This document shows positions 8,889-17,581 of a stretch of DNA of 64,000 nt, in pieces. This DNA is from a virus (taxonomy: Duplodnaviria; Caudoviricetes): the IMG/VR virus record IMGVR_UViG_3300024331_000152, positions 64,001 through 128,000 of that record. One strand, 5' to 3'. The notes under the pieces are model-generated. The model saw nothing but the letters and a program-made list of their open reading frames with translations, had not been told where the DNA came from and made no database searches. The position numbers were made by a program, and so were the translations under genes. Every line of letters starts with the position of its first letter. Positions within the stretch are counted from its first letter, which is position 1.

Positions 8889-9372
8889 GCAGGTATGGTA
8901 AGGACGGGGATGCTTTGGAAGGGTTCGTTGTGGTGCGCTTAGGTGAGGCATCGCATTGCAGGCGCGGATAGGTTGGGTTTCGTTCGCAGTGATGTGGCTT
9001 GCAATGGAGATTTGAGCTACGGAGTTGCAGGCATGGTAAGGTTCGCAAGGTTTGTCTGGGTAAGCTGAGCTACGGAGTTGCAGGTGTGGTTAGGCCCGGT
9101 TGGTTAGGAAGTGAGTGGCAAGCCGAGGCATTGCAGGTACGGTTGGGTGAGTCTAGTTCGGGCTCGTCAGGGCGTGGCAAGGTGCGGAGTTGCAGGTTAG
9201 GAATGGTCCGGTAAGGCGCAGTACGGATGCGCCGGGAAGGGCAACGCTTTGCAGGCGAGGAGAGGACTGGTTAGGTTTGCTGTGGTCCGCTCGGGTATTG
9301 CAGGTGTGGAACGGGCGGCTAGGTCCGGCTGTGTTCGCTAAGGCTGCGCGGGGTTGGGCTGAGTGAGGTAAA
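8889..9372 (+). ncRNA. Multi-unit GGY-NN pentamer array (8 units delimited by TGCA; candidate guide array)
   Basis: TTGCAGG at 8956, 9025, 9078, 9131, 9190, 9249, 9298 and GCAGG at 8889; complete units of 69, 69, 53, 53, 59, 59, 49 nt built from 5-mers. Confidence 0.8.
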
Positions 9373-9374
9373 TA

Positions 9375-9404
9375 AGCAGAGTGTCGGGTAACCGACACTC
9401 TGCT
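9375..9404 (+). other. Perfect 13-bp hairpin with GTAA tetraloop closing the array
   Basis: AGCAGAGTGTCGG-GTAA-CCGACACTCTGCT; no U tract on +, so 3'-end protection or processing rather than a classical terminator. Confidence 0.7.
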
Positions 9405-9422
9405 AAAAACTTGGAGGTTTTG

Positions 9423-9857
9423 ATGGGTAAGACGGTCAATAAAGTTTTTCTGCTTGGCAATGTTGGAAAAGATCCTGACATGAAGTCAACAGGCGGCGGC
9501 ACGCTCGTAGCGAGCTTCTCTCTCGCTACAGCAGATCGAACAAAAGACGCTCAAGGTAATTGGAGTGAGCGCGCCGAATGGCACAACCTTAAAGCCTTCG
9601 GTCGTACTGCCGAGATCATCCGCGACTATGTCGTGAAGGGCTCAAAGATCTTCGTCGAGGGCAAGCTTCAGACCAGTAGCTGGGACGACAAGCAGAGCGG
9701 CAAGAAAGTCTACCGCACTGAGATTATTGTCAACGACATCTCACTACTCGGCGGGCGCGAGGATTCAGGATCTGGTGGCGGTCAGTCGTATGGCAAGCAG
9801 TCGCGTGATGATTCGTACGACGCGGACCCGATCACAGACGAGGATATACCCTTTTAG
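9423..9857 (+). CDS. ssb: Single-stranded DNA-binding protein
   Basis: VNKVFLLGNVGKDP, EWHNL, VEGKLQT, acidic C-terminus DEDIPF. Confidence 0.95.
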   Translation: MGKTVNKVFLLGNVGKDPDMKSTGGGTLVASFSLATADRTKDAQGNWSERAEWHNLKAFGRTAEIIRDYVVKGSKIFVEGKLQTSSWDDKQSGKKVYRTEIIVNDISLLGGREDSGSGGGQSYGKQSRDDSYDADPITDEDIPF

Positions 9858-9895
9858 AAAACCCTTTCTGAAGAAAACTGTGATACAGTCTATTC

Positions 9896-10333
9896 ATGAA
9901 GAAGACGTGTTTTCGATGCGGGAAAGAATTGGATATCGAGATGTTTTATCGGCATCCACGAATGGCCGATGGGCGTCTCGGAAAATGCAAGGACTGTACT
10001 CGTGAAGATGTCACAACAAACCGTAACGCAAAAATCGATAAAGTGCGCGCATATGACAGATTGCGAGGCGTAACGCAAAAGAGAATCAAAAGCAACACTC
10101 GAAACACGAAGAGGTGGCGCGCGAAAAGTCCTCGTAAGTACGCAGCTCACAATCTTCTTAACAATGCGATCCGCGACGGGAAGTTGAAAAGCAAACCGTG
10201 CGAGCGCTGCGGAGCAGAAAAAGTTCATGCTCACCACGAAAACTACGACAAGCCGCTGGAGGTTGTTTGGCTGTGTACGGTACACCATCACCAGCGGCAT
10301 AAGGAAATGAAGGCAGCAGGAATCGTACCGTAA
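9896..10333 (+). CDS. HNH-like Zn-binding phage endonuclease
   Basis: CFRC...CKDC N-terminus; PCERCG...HAHHENYDKPLEVVWLC..HH. Confidence 0.7.
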   Translation: MKKTCFRCGKELDIEMFYRHPRMADGRLGKCKDCTREDVTTNRNAKIDKVRAYDRLRGVTQKRIKSNTRNTKRWRAKSPRKYAAHNLLNNAIRDGKLKSKPCERCGAEKVHAHHENYDKPLEVVWLCTVHHHQRHKEMKAAGIVP

Positions 10334-10344
10334 TCCTTGGAGGG

Positions 10345-10614
10345 ATGATGAGTAAAAAGCGGCTATGGATTGTGTTGAGTGTTGCTGGTTTCGCGGTAGG
10401 GTGTGGAAAGAGTTACTCAGATTTACAAGATGAGAGACTTGAGAACCTTTCTGCAAACATTTCCTATCACAAAGATGACCGTACTGGCTTATGTTTTGCC
10501 GCGATATCTTCGCGCACATATGGAGCCGATACGGTTGTGAGCATCGCTAACGTCCCATGCGCTAACGTCGAGAAGTATATCGTGAAAGGAAAAACATATG
10601 GAATGGAACCATAA
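10345..10614 (+). CDS. Small putative lipoprotein
   Basis: Basic and hydrophobic N-terminus with AVGC lipobox. Confidence 0.6.
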   Translation: MMSKKRLWIVLSVAGFAVGCGKSYSDLQDERLENLSANISYHKDDRTGLCFAAISSRTYGADTVVSIANVPCANVEKYIVKGKTYGMEP

Positions 10615-11116
10615 AGGGGTCATGATCGAGGCGACAGCGGCAGGCACGTTCAGGGCTGTTTTTGACGGCACCCACATCAGCAAAGGGTCGCTCTCAGCCG
10701 TTAAGAAAGACATCGACAAACGTCTGGAAGAGAAAGCCAAAGAAGTGACGCTGAGTTTACCTGTAGTGGTGCTGAGAGCCTCCGATAGGTTTTCTGGTAC
10801 CAAACGGGAAATCGATTCAGCGGTCATCACTGGTATTGACCGAAACTCTCTGAAAGCCATTGGTCATAATATTGAAGCGAAGGCCGGTTGGAAAAACGAC
10901 GAGATCCTTCCGGAGTCAAAAGAAAACAAGAAGTTACTTCATGACTACGTGCAGGCTGAAGCGGAATTTAATCGGCTGAAAGAACTCGTAGACAGACGTT
11001 CCGTGGACACTTACTTCGGCAGTGCTTTTAGTGTCCGGAACAAAATTCAGTACCATGAGGCCGTCAAAAAGCTTGAAGAGAGCTACGCTAAGGCGAAGAA
11101 GAGTGAAGCGGATTAA
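10598..11116 (+). CDS. Hypothetical protein
   Basis: 172-aa ORF packed in the operon. Confidence 0.7.
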   Translation: MEWNHKGVMIEATAAGTFRAVFDGTHISKGSLSAVKKDIDKRLEEKAKEVTLSLPVVVLRASDRFSGTKREIDSAVITGIDRNSLKAIGHNIEAKAGWKNDEILPESKENKKLLHDYVQAEAEFNRLKELVDRRSVDTYFGSAFSVRNKIQYHEAVKKLEESYAKAKKSEAD

Positions 11117-11381
11117 GGGCTGGCCAGTGATGAAAGAGAAGTGCGCGTCGTGCCCGTTTGGGCCGAACGGCGACCGCGAACTGCGCGCGAAAGTCATAGA
11201 ACGCACCGGATTCAACGCGAGCCAAATCTGCCATCACCCAGCGATACATGGCAAGAAACAGACACATCTCTGCCGGGGAGCCCGCGACGAGCAGTTGACA
11301 ATCTTGCACCGCATGGGCTGGATATCAGAGCCGACCGACGCGGCATTCGCGGAAACATCGAGGAGGATACTTGGCACATGA
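11022..11381 (+). CDS. Small Cys/His-rich hypothetical protein (start likely near 11103)
   Basis: CASCPF...ICH...LCRG motif. Confidence 0.6.
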   Translation: MLLVSGTKFSTMRPSKSLKRATLRRRRVKRIKGWPVMKEKCASCPFGPNGDRELRAKVIERTGFNASQICHHPAIHGKKQTHLCRGARDEQLTILHRMGWISEPTDAAFAETSRRILGT

Positions 11382-11559
11382 TGCGCAGAAAACTTATCTA
11401 GGCGACGGCGTCTACGCTCAGCATCGCGAGGATGATGCGATTTTACTGACCGTCGAAGATGGCCTTGGACATAACGAACAAATTGTTCTCGAATTCGAGG
11501 TCTATACGGCTCTTGTCCAGTATGCCTGCCGCGTGTGGCCGGGAGGCGACGGTGGATAA
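11371..11559 (+). CDS. Small phage hypothetical protein
   Basis: KTYLGDGVYA motif; SD GAGGAGG upstream. Confidence 0.6.
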   Translation: MAHDAQKTYLGDGVYAQHREDDAILLTVEDGLGHNEQIVLEFEVYTALVQYACRVWPGGDGG

Positions 11560-11950
11560 GCCGATGTTCCCTAAGCCCGGGCAGATCAAAAAGCAGCCGG
11601 AAGCTGTGAAGGTTCTCAAGGACGGTAGGGAAATTTGTAACATGAACACCACAGCCGGACGTAAGGAATACTTCCGTCGTATCCGGGTCATGTGGGAACG
11701 ACAAGACAAGGTATGCTGCCTGTACGGCAAAGTGGAAGGGTGCCCGGGCAGGCTCAGTATTGTCGATGCCACCTTCGAACATCAGGATGGCAGAGGGCAC
11801 GGCGGAGGTCATCACGATGACAGAATCGAGAAGCCAGATCCTGTTACAGGAGAGATTAAGCCATACAACGGAGCGGCGCACAACCTTTGCAATATGAGAA
11901 AGGGCTCAGTCAGAATGGACTACAACTCTGACATCTTGGAGGCGATATGA
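11459..11950 (+). CDS. HNH-like protein (start likely near 11552)
   Basis: CCLY...C...ATFEH...GAAHNLCN motif. Confidence 0.55.
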   Translation: MALDITNKLFSNSRSIRLLSSMPAACGREATVDKPMFPKPGQIKKQPEAVKVLKDGREICNMNTTAGRKEYFRRIRVMWERQDKVCCLYGKVEGCPGRLSIVDATFEHQDGRGHGGGHHDDRIEKPDPVTGEIKPYNGAAHNLCNMRKGSVRMDYNSDILEAI

Positions 11951-12279
11951 GATCAATTGGAGAACACTTCGTATGTCTCACGCATCCCGCTTTCAAAGAG
12001 CTGGACGATGCGATAGAAGTAAGGCATGTTATGAGGTGTCACGGCGTGCAGGGCTGGACGATAGAGAGCTGCTTGATATGTGGAGGTTTTCATCTTCGCA
12101 AGCCGAGCATGTCGCGTGATAAGCGGCGGCTGCTCTGGTTCTTAGCCTGCGTGATTGTAATAGTGCTCGCAGCAGTGGGAGCATCAGTATTTAATAGCTT
12201 GTTCTGGTTTGGCGCATGGGAACTGATCGGGTTCATGGTTGCGGTAGTTGGCGTTTATTGGCAGTATGGCAAACTGTGA
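11947..12279 (+). CDS. Hypothetical membrane protein
   Basis: Two C-terminal hydrophobic segments. Confidence 0.55.
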   Translation: MRSIGEHFVCLTHPAFKELDDAIEVRHVMRCHGVQGWTIESCLICGGFHLRKPSMSRDKRRLLWFLACVIVIVLAAVGASVFNSLFWFGAWELIGFMVAVVGVYWQYGKL

Positions 12280-12293
12280 TGCGCGCAATTTAC

Positions 12294-12322
12294 TTGACAC
12301 CCGAAATCCGGTAGCGCAGAGT
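12294..12322 (+). promoter_or_regulatory. Putative promoter for the OmpA/ABC module
   Basis: TTGACA-N17-CAGAGT, followed by a TCCAG-N3-CTGGA palindrome at 12337. Confidence 0.5.
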
Positions 12323-12372
12323 AATAGATAACCCAGTCCAGATACTGGAATGTTTTCCGGGAGAAAACATCA

Positions 12373-12957
12373 ATGTCATGGAAAGATATTGTCTGGAAAG
12401 AGCACGATGTGCCTGTTCCTGACGCTCAGCCTCATCACTCATCTCCTGCGCCGCCAGCTCCGGTCGATACTCCAGTTGTCACTGAGAGTTCTCCAGTGAG
12501 CCCCGAAACGCCCGATGCAGACATCTACCAGCGCTTAGTGGGAAAGACCGACTGGGAGAGTACACCGGTCTTTCTCGCGATCAAGAAGCACCTTGCGCCG
12601 ATGAAAGATGTAGCAATCGATCCCAAGACGAAGTTCACTATCGCGCTCAAACAGGCAATGGAGATGGATGGGATAAACCCTGCCGACGTCACTGCCGCCT
12701 TTGAATCTGCCAAGGCAAATCTCCAGAGTCAACTGAGCAACTTTAAGCAGATAGTAATGAATAAGACGGCGACTGATGTCGATGCGAAGAAAAAGAAGGC
12801 CGAAGAGCTTCAACAACAGGTACAACAGCTCACCAAAGAAGCCTTCGATGCGCAATCTAGACTTCAGACTCGCGAGCATGCCTTTGAGTTTGCTGCCCAG
12901 CAACGTCTTGCTGAGATCACCACAAAACAGGCCGAATACAGCAGCCTATTATCCTAA
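12373..12957 (+). CDS. Hypothetical coiled-coil protein
   Basis: Pro-rich N-terminus and heptad-like C-terminus. Confidence 0.75.
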   Translation: MSWKDIVWKEHDVPVPDAQPHHSSPAPPAPVDTPVVTESSPVSPETPDADIYQRLVGKTDWESTPVFLAIKKHLAPMKDVAIDPKTKFTIALKQAMEMDGINPADVTAAFESAKANLQSQLSNFKQIVMNKTATDVDAKKKKAEELQQQVQQLTKEAFDAQSRLQTREHAFEFAAQQRLAEITTKQAEYSSLLS

Positions 12958-12965
12958 GGAGACCC

Positions 12966-14021
12966 ATGCCAAACAATCAACTTGCGCTACCAGACAATTT
13001 CAATCCGATGTCATGGCGCGGTCCAGACGGTAAGCTTAACCGCGAATTCTGGGGCGCGTTACTGGTGGGCGGTTCCATTATTGGGCTCGTCTTGTACTTC
13101 TGGAGCATCTTGCTGCCGTGGCTCCTGAGCATGATGGTGGATACGCTCCACCTGACATTCCTTATCGGCCTGTTTATCAGCATCCTGTATCTCGTGCTTG
13201 GCAAGCGCCCTCGCATGATGTTTCACGTGCTGATCCGCCGAATGACCAGCGTCTTTATCGCGACCTATCCAATTCAGATCATCCAAGAGCAGTTGTCGAA
13301 GATGAAGAAGAAGCGCGCAAAGTTTAACGGGCACATGACCCGCCTCAGCGCAGCTATTCGCCAAGTCAAAGATGTGATGGCTCAGAATGCCAAAGAGGCT
13401 CAGGAAGGTATGGGGCAGGCGCTTCAGGCGAAAAAGATGGCCAGCGCTGCCAAAGATCAGGACGAGCAGTTGCGCATGGAGCTTCAGATGAAGCGCAATG
13501 CGCGCAGGGCTGAGCGGCGCAATCAATCCAATATTGGCTTTTCTGAGCTTCTCAAGAAGTTGCAGAAAATATACAGCACTCTGAGTCGATACGCCACCAA
13601 CCTCGATTTCTTCATCGAGGATACAGAGGACGATATCAAGCAGAAGCGGATCGAGTACGAAACCTCGCAGAATGCAGGCGGCGCAATTAAGGCCGCGATC
13701 TCGATGTTGTCTGGAGACAGCGCGGTCGAGGAGGAGATGTACAGCGAGGCGTACTACCAGATTCAGAAACAAGTCAGCGAGCAGCTCGGATACATGGACG
13801 ACTTCCAGCGCCTATCGCAGAACTTCATGGATGGTATGGATGTCAAGACAGGCGCTGTCGATGATGCTGCCCTGAAGCAGATGGAAGAGTTTGAACATAA
13901 GCTCCTTACGTCTGGTGACAAGAGCCTTGAGATGTTCACGATGGACAAATCTTCAAAACAGGAACCGGTCCTGATTCCCCGCGTGGCGAGCGGCAGCAAT
14001 GATCTCAGTGACCTTCTGTAA
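12966..14021 (+). CDS. Membrane-anchored long coiled-coil protein
   Basis: Two N-terminal TM segments followed by ~250 aa of helical sequence. Confidence 0.8.
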   Translation: MPNNQLALPDNFNPMSWRGPDGKLNREFWGALLVGGSIIGLVLYFWSILLPWLLSMMVDTLHLTFLIGLFISILYLVLGKRPRMMFHVLIRRMTSVFIATYPIQIIQEQLSKMKKKRAKFNGHMTRLSAAIRQVKDVMAQNAKEAQEGMGQALQAKKMASAAKDQDEQLRMELQMKRNARRAERRNQSNIGFSELLKKLQKIYSTLSRYATNLDFFIEDTEDDIKQKRIEYETSQNAGGAIKAAISMLSGDSAVEEEMYSEAYYQIQKQVSEQLGYMDDFQRLSQNFMDGMDVKTGAVDDAALKQMEEFEHKLLTSGDKSLEMFTMDKSSKQEPVLIPRVASGSNDLSDLL

Positions 14022-14045
14022 ATCAACAGCCGGGAGAAAGAACCT

Positions 14046-15923
14046 ATGTTTAGCTGGTGGGAAAATTTAACAGGCATCGCCAAGGCTGGGGTCCTCGCCT
14101 TGCTCGGTGTCATTCTCTTCTGGGTACTGCGGCAACCAGCAGTGCTCGCGCATCTACCATCATCCTTTGCCAAAGCGGTCAGCGTCGGCAAAGTCAACAT
14201 GCCCAAGATTGAAGACGCGGCAATCCCCGACGTCAAACCACTCCCATATCCAAGCGATTCGGACGCATCAGTAGGGGCGACTCTGGTTCGCGGCGGGATC
14301 TGGGAGTGGAACGCGCAGCTCGGATTACTCCTCGCGAATGGCGGTAAGACAACCAAGCGCGGATCACAGACGGAGAAGTTTGGCGTCAACCTCTCTCTTG
14401 AGCGGCAGGACGATACTGGCAAGATGCAGGACGGACTCGTAGCCTGCGCTAAAGAGTTAAAGGACGGCGCAAAACAGTGTTCTAACGGCTACAACTTTGT
14501 CGTGATTATGGGTGGTGGTTCACCACAATTCGTTGCCGTAGGAAACAGCAAGCTTCGGGCGGCTGGCCTTGGTCCAGAATGGAACTTCAAAACATTCGGC
14601 GCGGTGGGAAGGTCGAATGGTGAGGATGGTTGCTGGGCTCCAGAGAGCTACAAATCCAGTCCGCATTCGATTGCTAACACTGAGATGAAGGATGCAAACG
14701 GCAATGTATTACCGCAGCATGGCCTTCTGATTGAGGCTGTTGTTCGCGATGACGACTATAACATTTGTGTGAAGCACGCAGGCGACAATGGCGTGCTGAT
14801 CAACCCTGACGAAAAGACGTTTGATCCAAATGCTTTGAATTTTTTGAACTCACAGGACTATATCACCGCTGCGACAGATTACGTGTCGGGGAGTAAATGT
14901 GAGGATCGTAAACTCGTTCAGGACGGTCATCCAACCGGCAAAGACGTGCATGTTTGTGTGAATGGCGTGGCCACATGGTTCCCGGGTGATGAGATTCTTG
15001 CGACCAAGCGCGGCGGACTTGTTCCGATTGCAACGTCACATGACTATCTGATGTCCGCAGTTCTTGTTGGTCCTGCCAAATTTTTGTCGGATAACCATGA
15101 CGAAATCGTCAACTTTCTTTCCGCTGTAGGGACCGCTGGCGATCAAGTCCGCGCCTTCCCTGAGGCCAAGCGGCGGGCGTGCAAGATCTCGGTTGACGTC
15201 TACGATGACAAAGGCGATGGTGGCGACGCTAACGGCAGCTACTGGTGCAAAGGCTTCGACGGCTACACGGCACGCGATGCCACTGGTACCTCTGTACGTC
15301 TAGGCGGCAGCGCTGTGTACGGCATGGCCGATATGCTGAAAGTCTTCGGGATCAAAGAAGGCGCGAACGACGATTACCGCAGCGTATACAACGCGTTTGC
15401 GACCTTCGACAACACCTACTTCCCGACGATATTCAAGAAGACCGTGATCCCGCCAGTGAGCGAGGTTGAGATCAAGAGCTACATGAACGATGCCCGGGAT
15501 CGTCTGAGCGATACAGGTACCTCGTTTGCTGCGGCTCAGACGGTCGATTACAGCTCACAAGCGAACGGTCGGCAGCTTGGAGATGCGAACTACCACATCA
15601 ACTTCGCCACAGGCTCCGCAATGCCGTTACCAGACGGTGTAGCAGAGCTTCAGCAACTTCGCGATTCGCTTGCGATCACGAGTGCGGCGATTGAGGTGTC
15701 TGGCCACACCGACAATACCGGCAACTCTGCGGCGAACGAAGATCTGTCGCGTCGTCGCGCACAGGCCGTAGCAGACTTTCTGCATCGTGCTGCTCCATCC
15801 AGCTTTCCAATGAACCGTTTCCGGATCTCCGGTTATGGCGATCAGAGGCCGGTGGCGAGCAATACGACCACAGATGGACGCGCGCAGAATAGGCGCGTCG
15901 AAATACTACTCCGCAGTAACTAA
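14046..15923 (+). CDS. Periplasmic substrate-binding-like protein with C-terminal OmpA peptidoglycan-binding domain
   Basis: N-terminal TM; INFATGSA...GHTDNTG...NEDLSRRRAQAV...GYG...NRRVEI. Confidence 0.85.
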   Translation: MFSWWENLTGIAKAGVLALLGVILFWVLRQPAVLAHLPSSFAKAVSVGKVNMPKIEDAAIPDVKPLPYPSDSDASVGATLVRGGIWEWNAQLGLLLANGGKTTKRGSQTEKFGVNLSLERQDDTGKMQDGLVACAKELKDGAKQCSNGYNFVVIMGGGSPQFVAVGNSKLRAAGLGPEWNFKTFGAVGRSNGEDGCWAPESYKSSPHSIANTEMKDANGNVLPQHGLLIEAVVRDDDYNICVKHAGDNGVLINPDEKTFDPNALNFLNSQDYITAATDYVSGSKCEDRKLVQDGHPTGKDVHVCVNGVATWFPGDEILATKRGGLVPIATSHDYLMSAVLVGPAKFLSDNHDEIVNFLSAVGTAGDQVRAFPEAKRRACKISVDVYDDKGDGGDANGSYWCKGFDGYTARDATGTSVRLGGSAVYGMADMLKVFGIKEGANDDYRSVYNAFATFDNTYFPTIFKKTVIPPVSEVEIKSYMNDARDRLSDTGTSFAAAQTVDYSSQANGRQLGDANYHINFATGSAMPLPDGVAELQQLRDSLAITSAAIEVSGHTDNTGNSAANEDLSRRRAQAVADFLHRAAPSSFPMNRFRISGYGDQRPVASNTTTDGRAQNRRVEILLRSN

Positions 15924-15936
15924 CCTTGGAGGAAAC

Positions 15937-16245
15937 ATGGCAAAAACCACAGTAGAACAGTTGCAACAAGATTTACAGGCCGCGTGGGAAACAGCATCCA
16001 TCCGCCTAGGCGAGTCTATTATGGCTACCGCAAAAATCGTAGCCGCAGGCTCCGCTCTGACGGGGGAAATAATGTCCCTCACAAAGAAACCCCTTAACCT
16101 GCCAAAGAGGAAGGCAGCAGCAGTGAAAGCTGTACGGAAGCCTCGTCGCAAGCTGTCGGCGGCTGCACGCAAGCGGATCAGCGACGCGCAGAAGAAGCGC
16201 TGGGCAGTATCAAAGAAAATCGCTAAGGCAGCAGCAGCGAAGTAG
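15937..16245 (+). CDS. Small basic, nucleoid-associated-like protein
   Basis: KPRRKLSAAARKRISDAQKKRWA, Lys/Ala-rich. Confidence 0.7.
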   Translation: MAKTTVEQLQQDLQAAWETASIRLGESIMATAKIVAAGSALTGEIMSLTKKPLNLPKRKAAAVKAVRKPRRKLSAAARKRISDAQKKRWAVSKKIAKAAAAK

Positions 16246-16262
16246 CAAGGAGAAAAAGAACA

Positions 16263-16535
16263 ATGACGTGGCCGGAAGCAATCTACAAGATCATCGTTGA
16301 AGGTGGTGGCGGGCTGCTTACGGCCATTGTTCTCGTCGCAATGTTTACCGACTTTTTTGAAGGTTTATTTGGATCAAAAACAGTCTACGAAATCCCAGAA
16401 GAGACTCTCGAAATACTGCGAGATCTCGCGAACGAGATGAAGGAATTTATCCCAGACAGTAAACCTCATGTGTACCGCTCCACAATCTGTTCATGGGCGG
16501 CAGCGTTAGACCGGATCATCGACGAGGATCAATGA
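16263..16535 (+). CDS. Small membrane protein
   Basis: SD AAGGAG; one TM segment. Confidence 0.6.
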   Translation: MTWPEAIYKIIVEGGGGLLTAIVLVAMFTDFFEGLFGSKTVYEIPEETLEILRDLANEMKEFIPDSKPHVYRSTICSWAAALDRIIDEDQ

Positions 16536-17311
16536 TCAGTAAAATCTTCATTCCGAATGCGAAGATCGACCGCCAGTCATTCGTGATCATAGTGACCGTA
16601 GAGATTTTTATCGCGCTGTGCGCTTGGTGGCAGTCTCCTGTCGCGTTCATTCCGAAGCCGCTGGAAGTATGGCAGGCATTCGGAGATCTCTGGGATCAAG
16701 GGCTCGCTATAAATCTGCTCACGTCGTTGTGGCTGAATATAGAAGCGGTCCTGATAGCGACTGCGATTTCTTTGTTGATTGCGTGGGCGGGAACATTGCC
16801 TGTCTTCCGCGCGCCGGTCATGCTGATCGGAAAACTGCGTTACGTGAGTATGGCTGGACTTCTATTCGCATTCACTCTTGTGACAAACAATGGCCACCAG
16901 TTGAAACTGACAGTGCTGGTCTGGGCAGTGACCGTATTCTTTGTGGTCTCGATGGTTGACGTACTCAGTAGCACGCCGAAGGAGTTCCTAGATCTCGCAC
17001 GTGTGATGCATATGGGACCATGGCGCACACTCCTAGAGGTTCAGGTGCTTGGAGCGGCAGATAAAGCGTTTGATGTCATGCGGCAGAACATTGCGATGGC
17101 GTGGTTAACACTTGCTTTCGCTGAGGCAATCAGCCGCTCAGAGGGTGGCGTTGGGGCTATGCTGGCGACGAGCGCAAAGTATTTTCATCTTTCAGAGATT
17201 GCGGCGTTGCAGATCGTAATTTTCTCAATGGGCCTTGCGCAGGACTATGCGCTGGGATGGTTGAAGCGGGTGTGCTGCCCGTACGCGTTTTTGGTTGTGG
17301 AGGCAAGATAA
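16532..17311 (+). CDS. ABC transporter permease (NitT/TauT-like)
   Basis: Multiple TMs; EAA-like loop EFLDLARVMHMG; AE...GVG motif. Confidence 0.8.
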   Translation: MISKIFIPNAKIDRQSFVIIVTVEIFIALCAWWQSPVAFIPKPLEVWQAFGDLWDQGLAINLLTSLWLNIEAVLIATAISLLIAWAGTLPVFRAPVMLIGKLRYVSMAGLLFAFTLVTNNGHQLKLTVLVWAVTVFFVVSMVDVLSSTPKEFLDLARVMHMGPWRTLLEVQVLGAADKAFDVMRQNIAMAWLTLAFAEAISRSEGGVGAMLATSAKYFHLSEIAALQIVIFSMGLAQDYALGWLKRVCCPYAFLVVEAR

Positions 17312-17581
17312 ATGGCAGAGGTTGTCGGCAGTGGAGATTGGTTCGATCCTTTTGACTCAGCGCTCGACGGATGGAAAAGTGACGCAGGAATCAAAGTAAT
17401 TGGACGAAACACAAGCAACGGCAGATTAAACGTATGGCATTACGACAACGAGGAGACGGCACATAAATTCGCAGAAAATCTTGCGAGGTGGACCGGCGAT
17501 AGTGTTGTCGTGGTTCACATGATTGCGCGTTACAGATCAGAACCACCGAAACCAACAAAATATCCAGCGACGACAAAATGA
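17312..17581 (+). CDS. Hypothetical protein inserted between permease and ATPase
   Basis: Abuts both neighbours. Confidence 0.55.
   Translation: MAEVVGSGDWFDPFDSALDGWKSDAGIKVIGRNTSNGRLNVWHYDNEETAHKFAENLARWTGDSVVVVHMIARYRSEPPKPTKYPATTK

Noticed and set aside
8889-9372. Classical CRISPR array
   Set aside because: The only constant element is the 7-nt TTGCAGG, the intervening sequence is itself 5-periodic, and no cas1, cas2 or cas3 is present
8999-9398. ORFs 8999..9214, 8821..9048 and 9153..9398 as proteins
   Set aside because: Low-complexity translations of the pentamer array with no RBS
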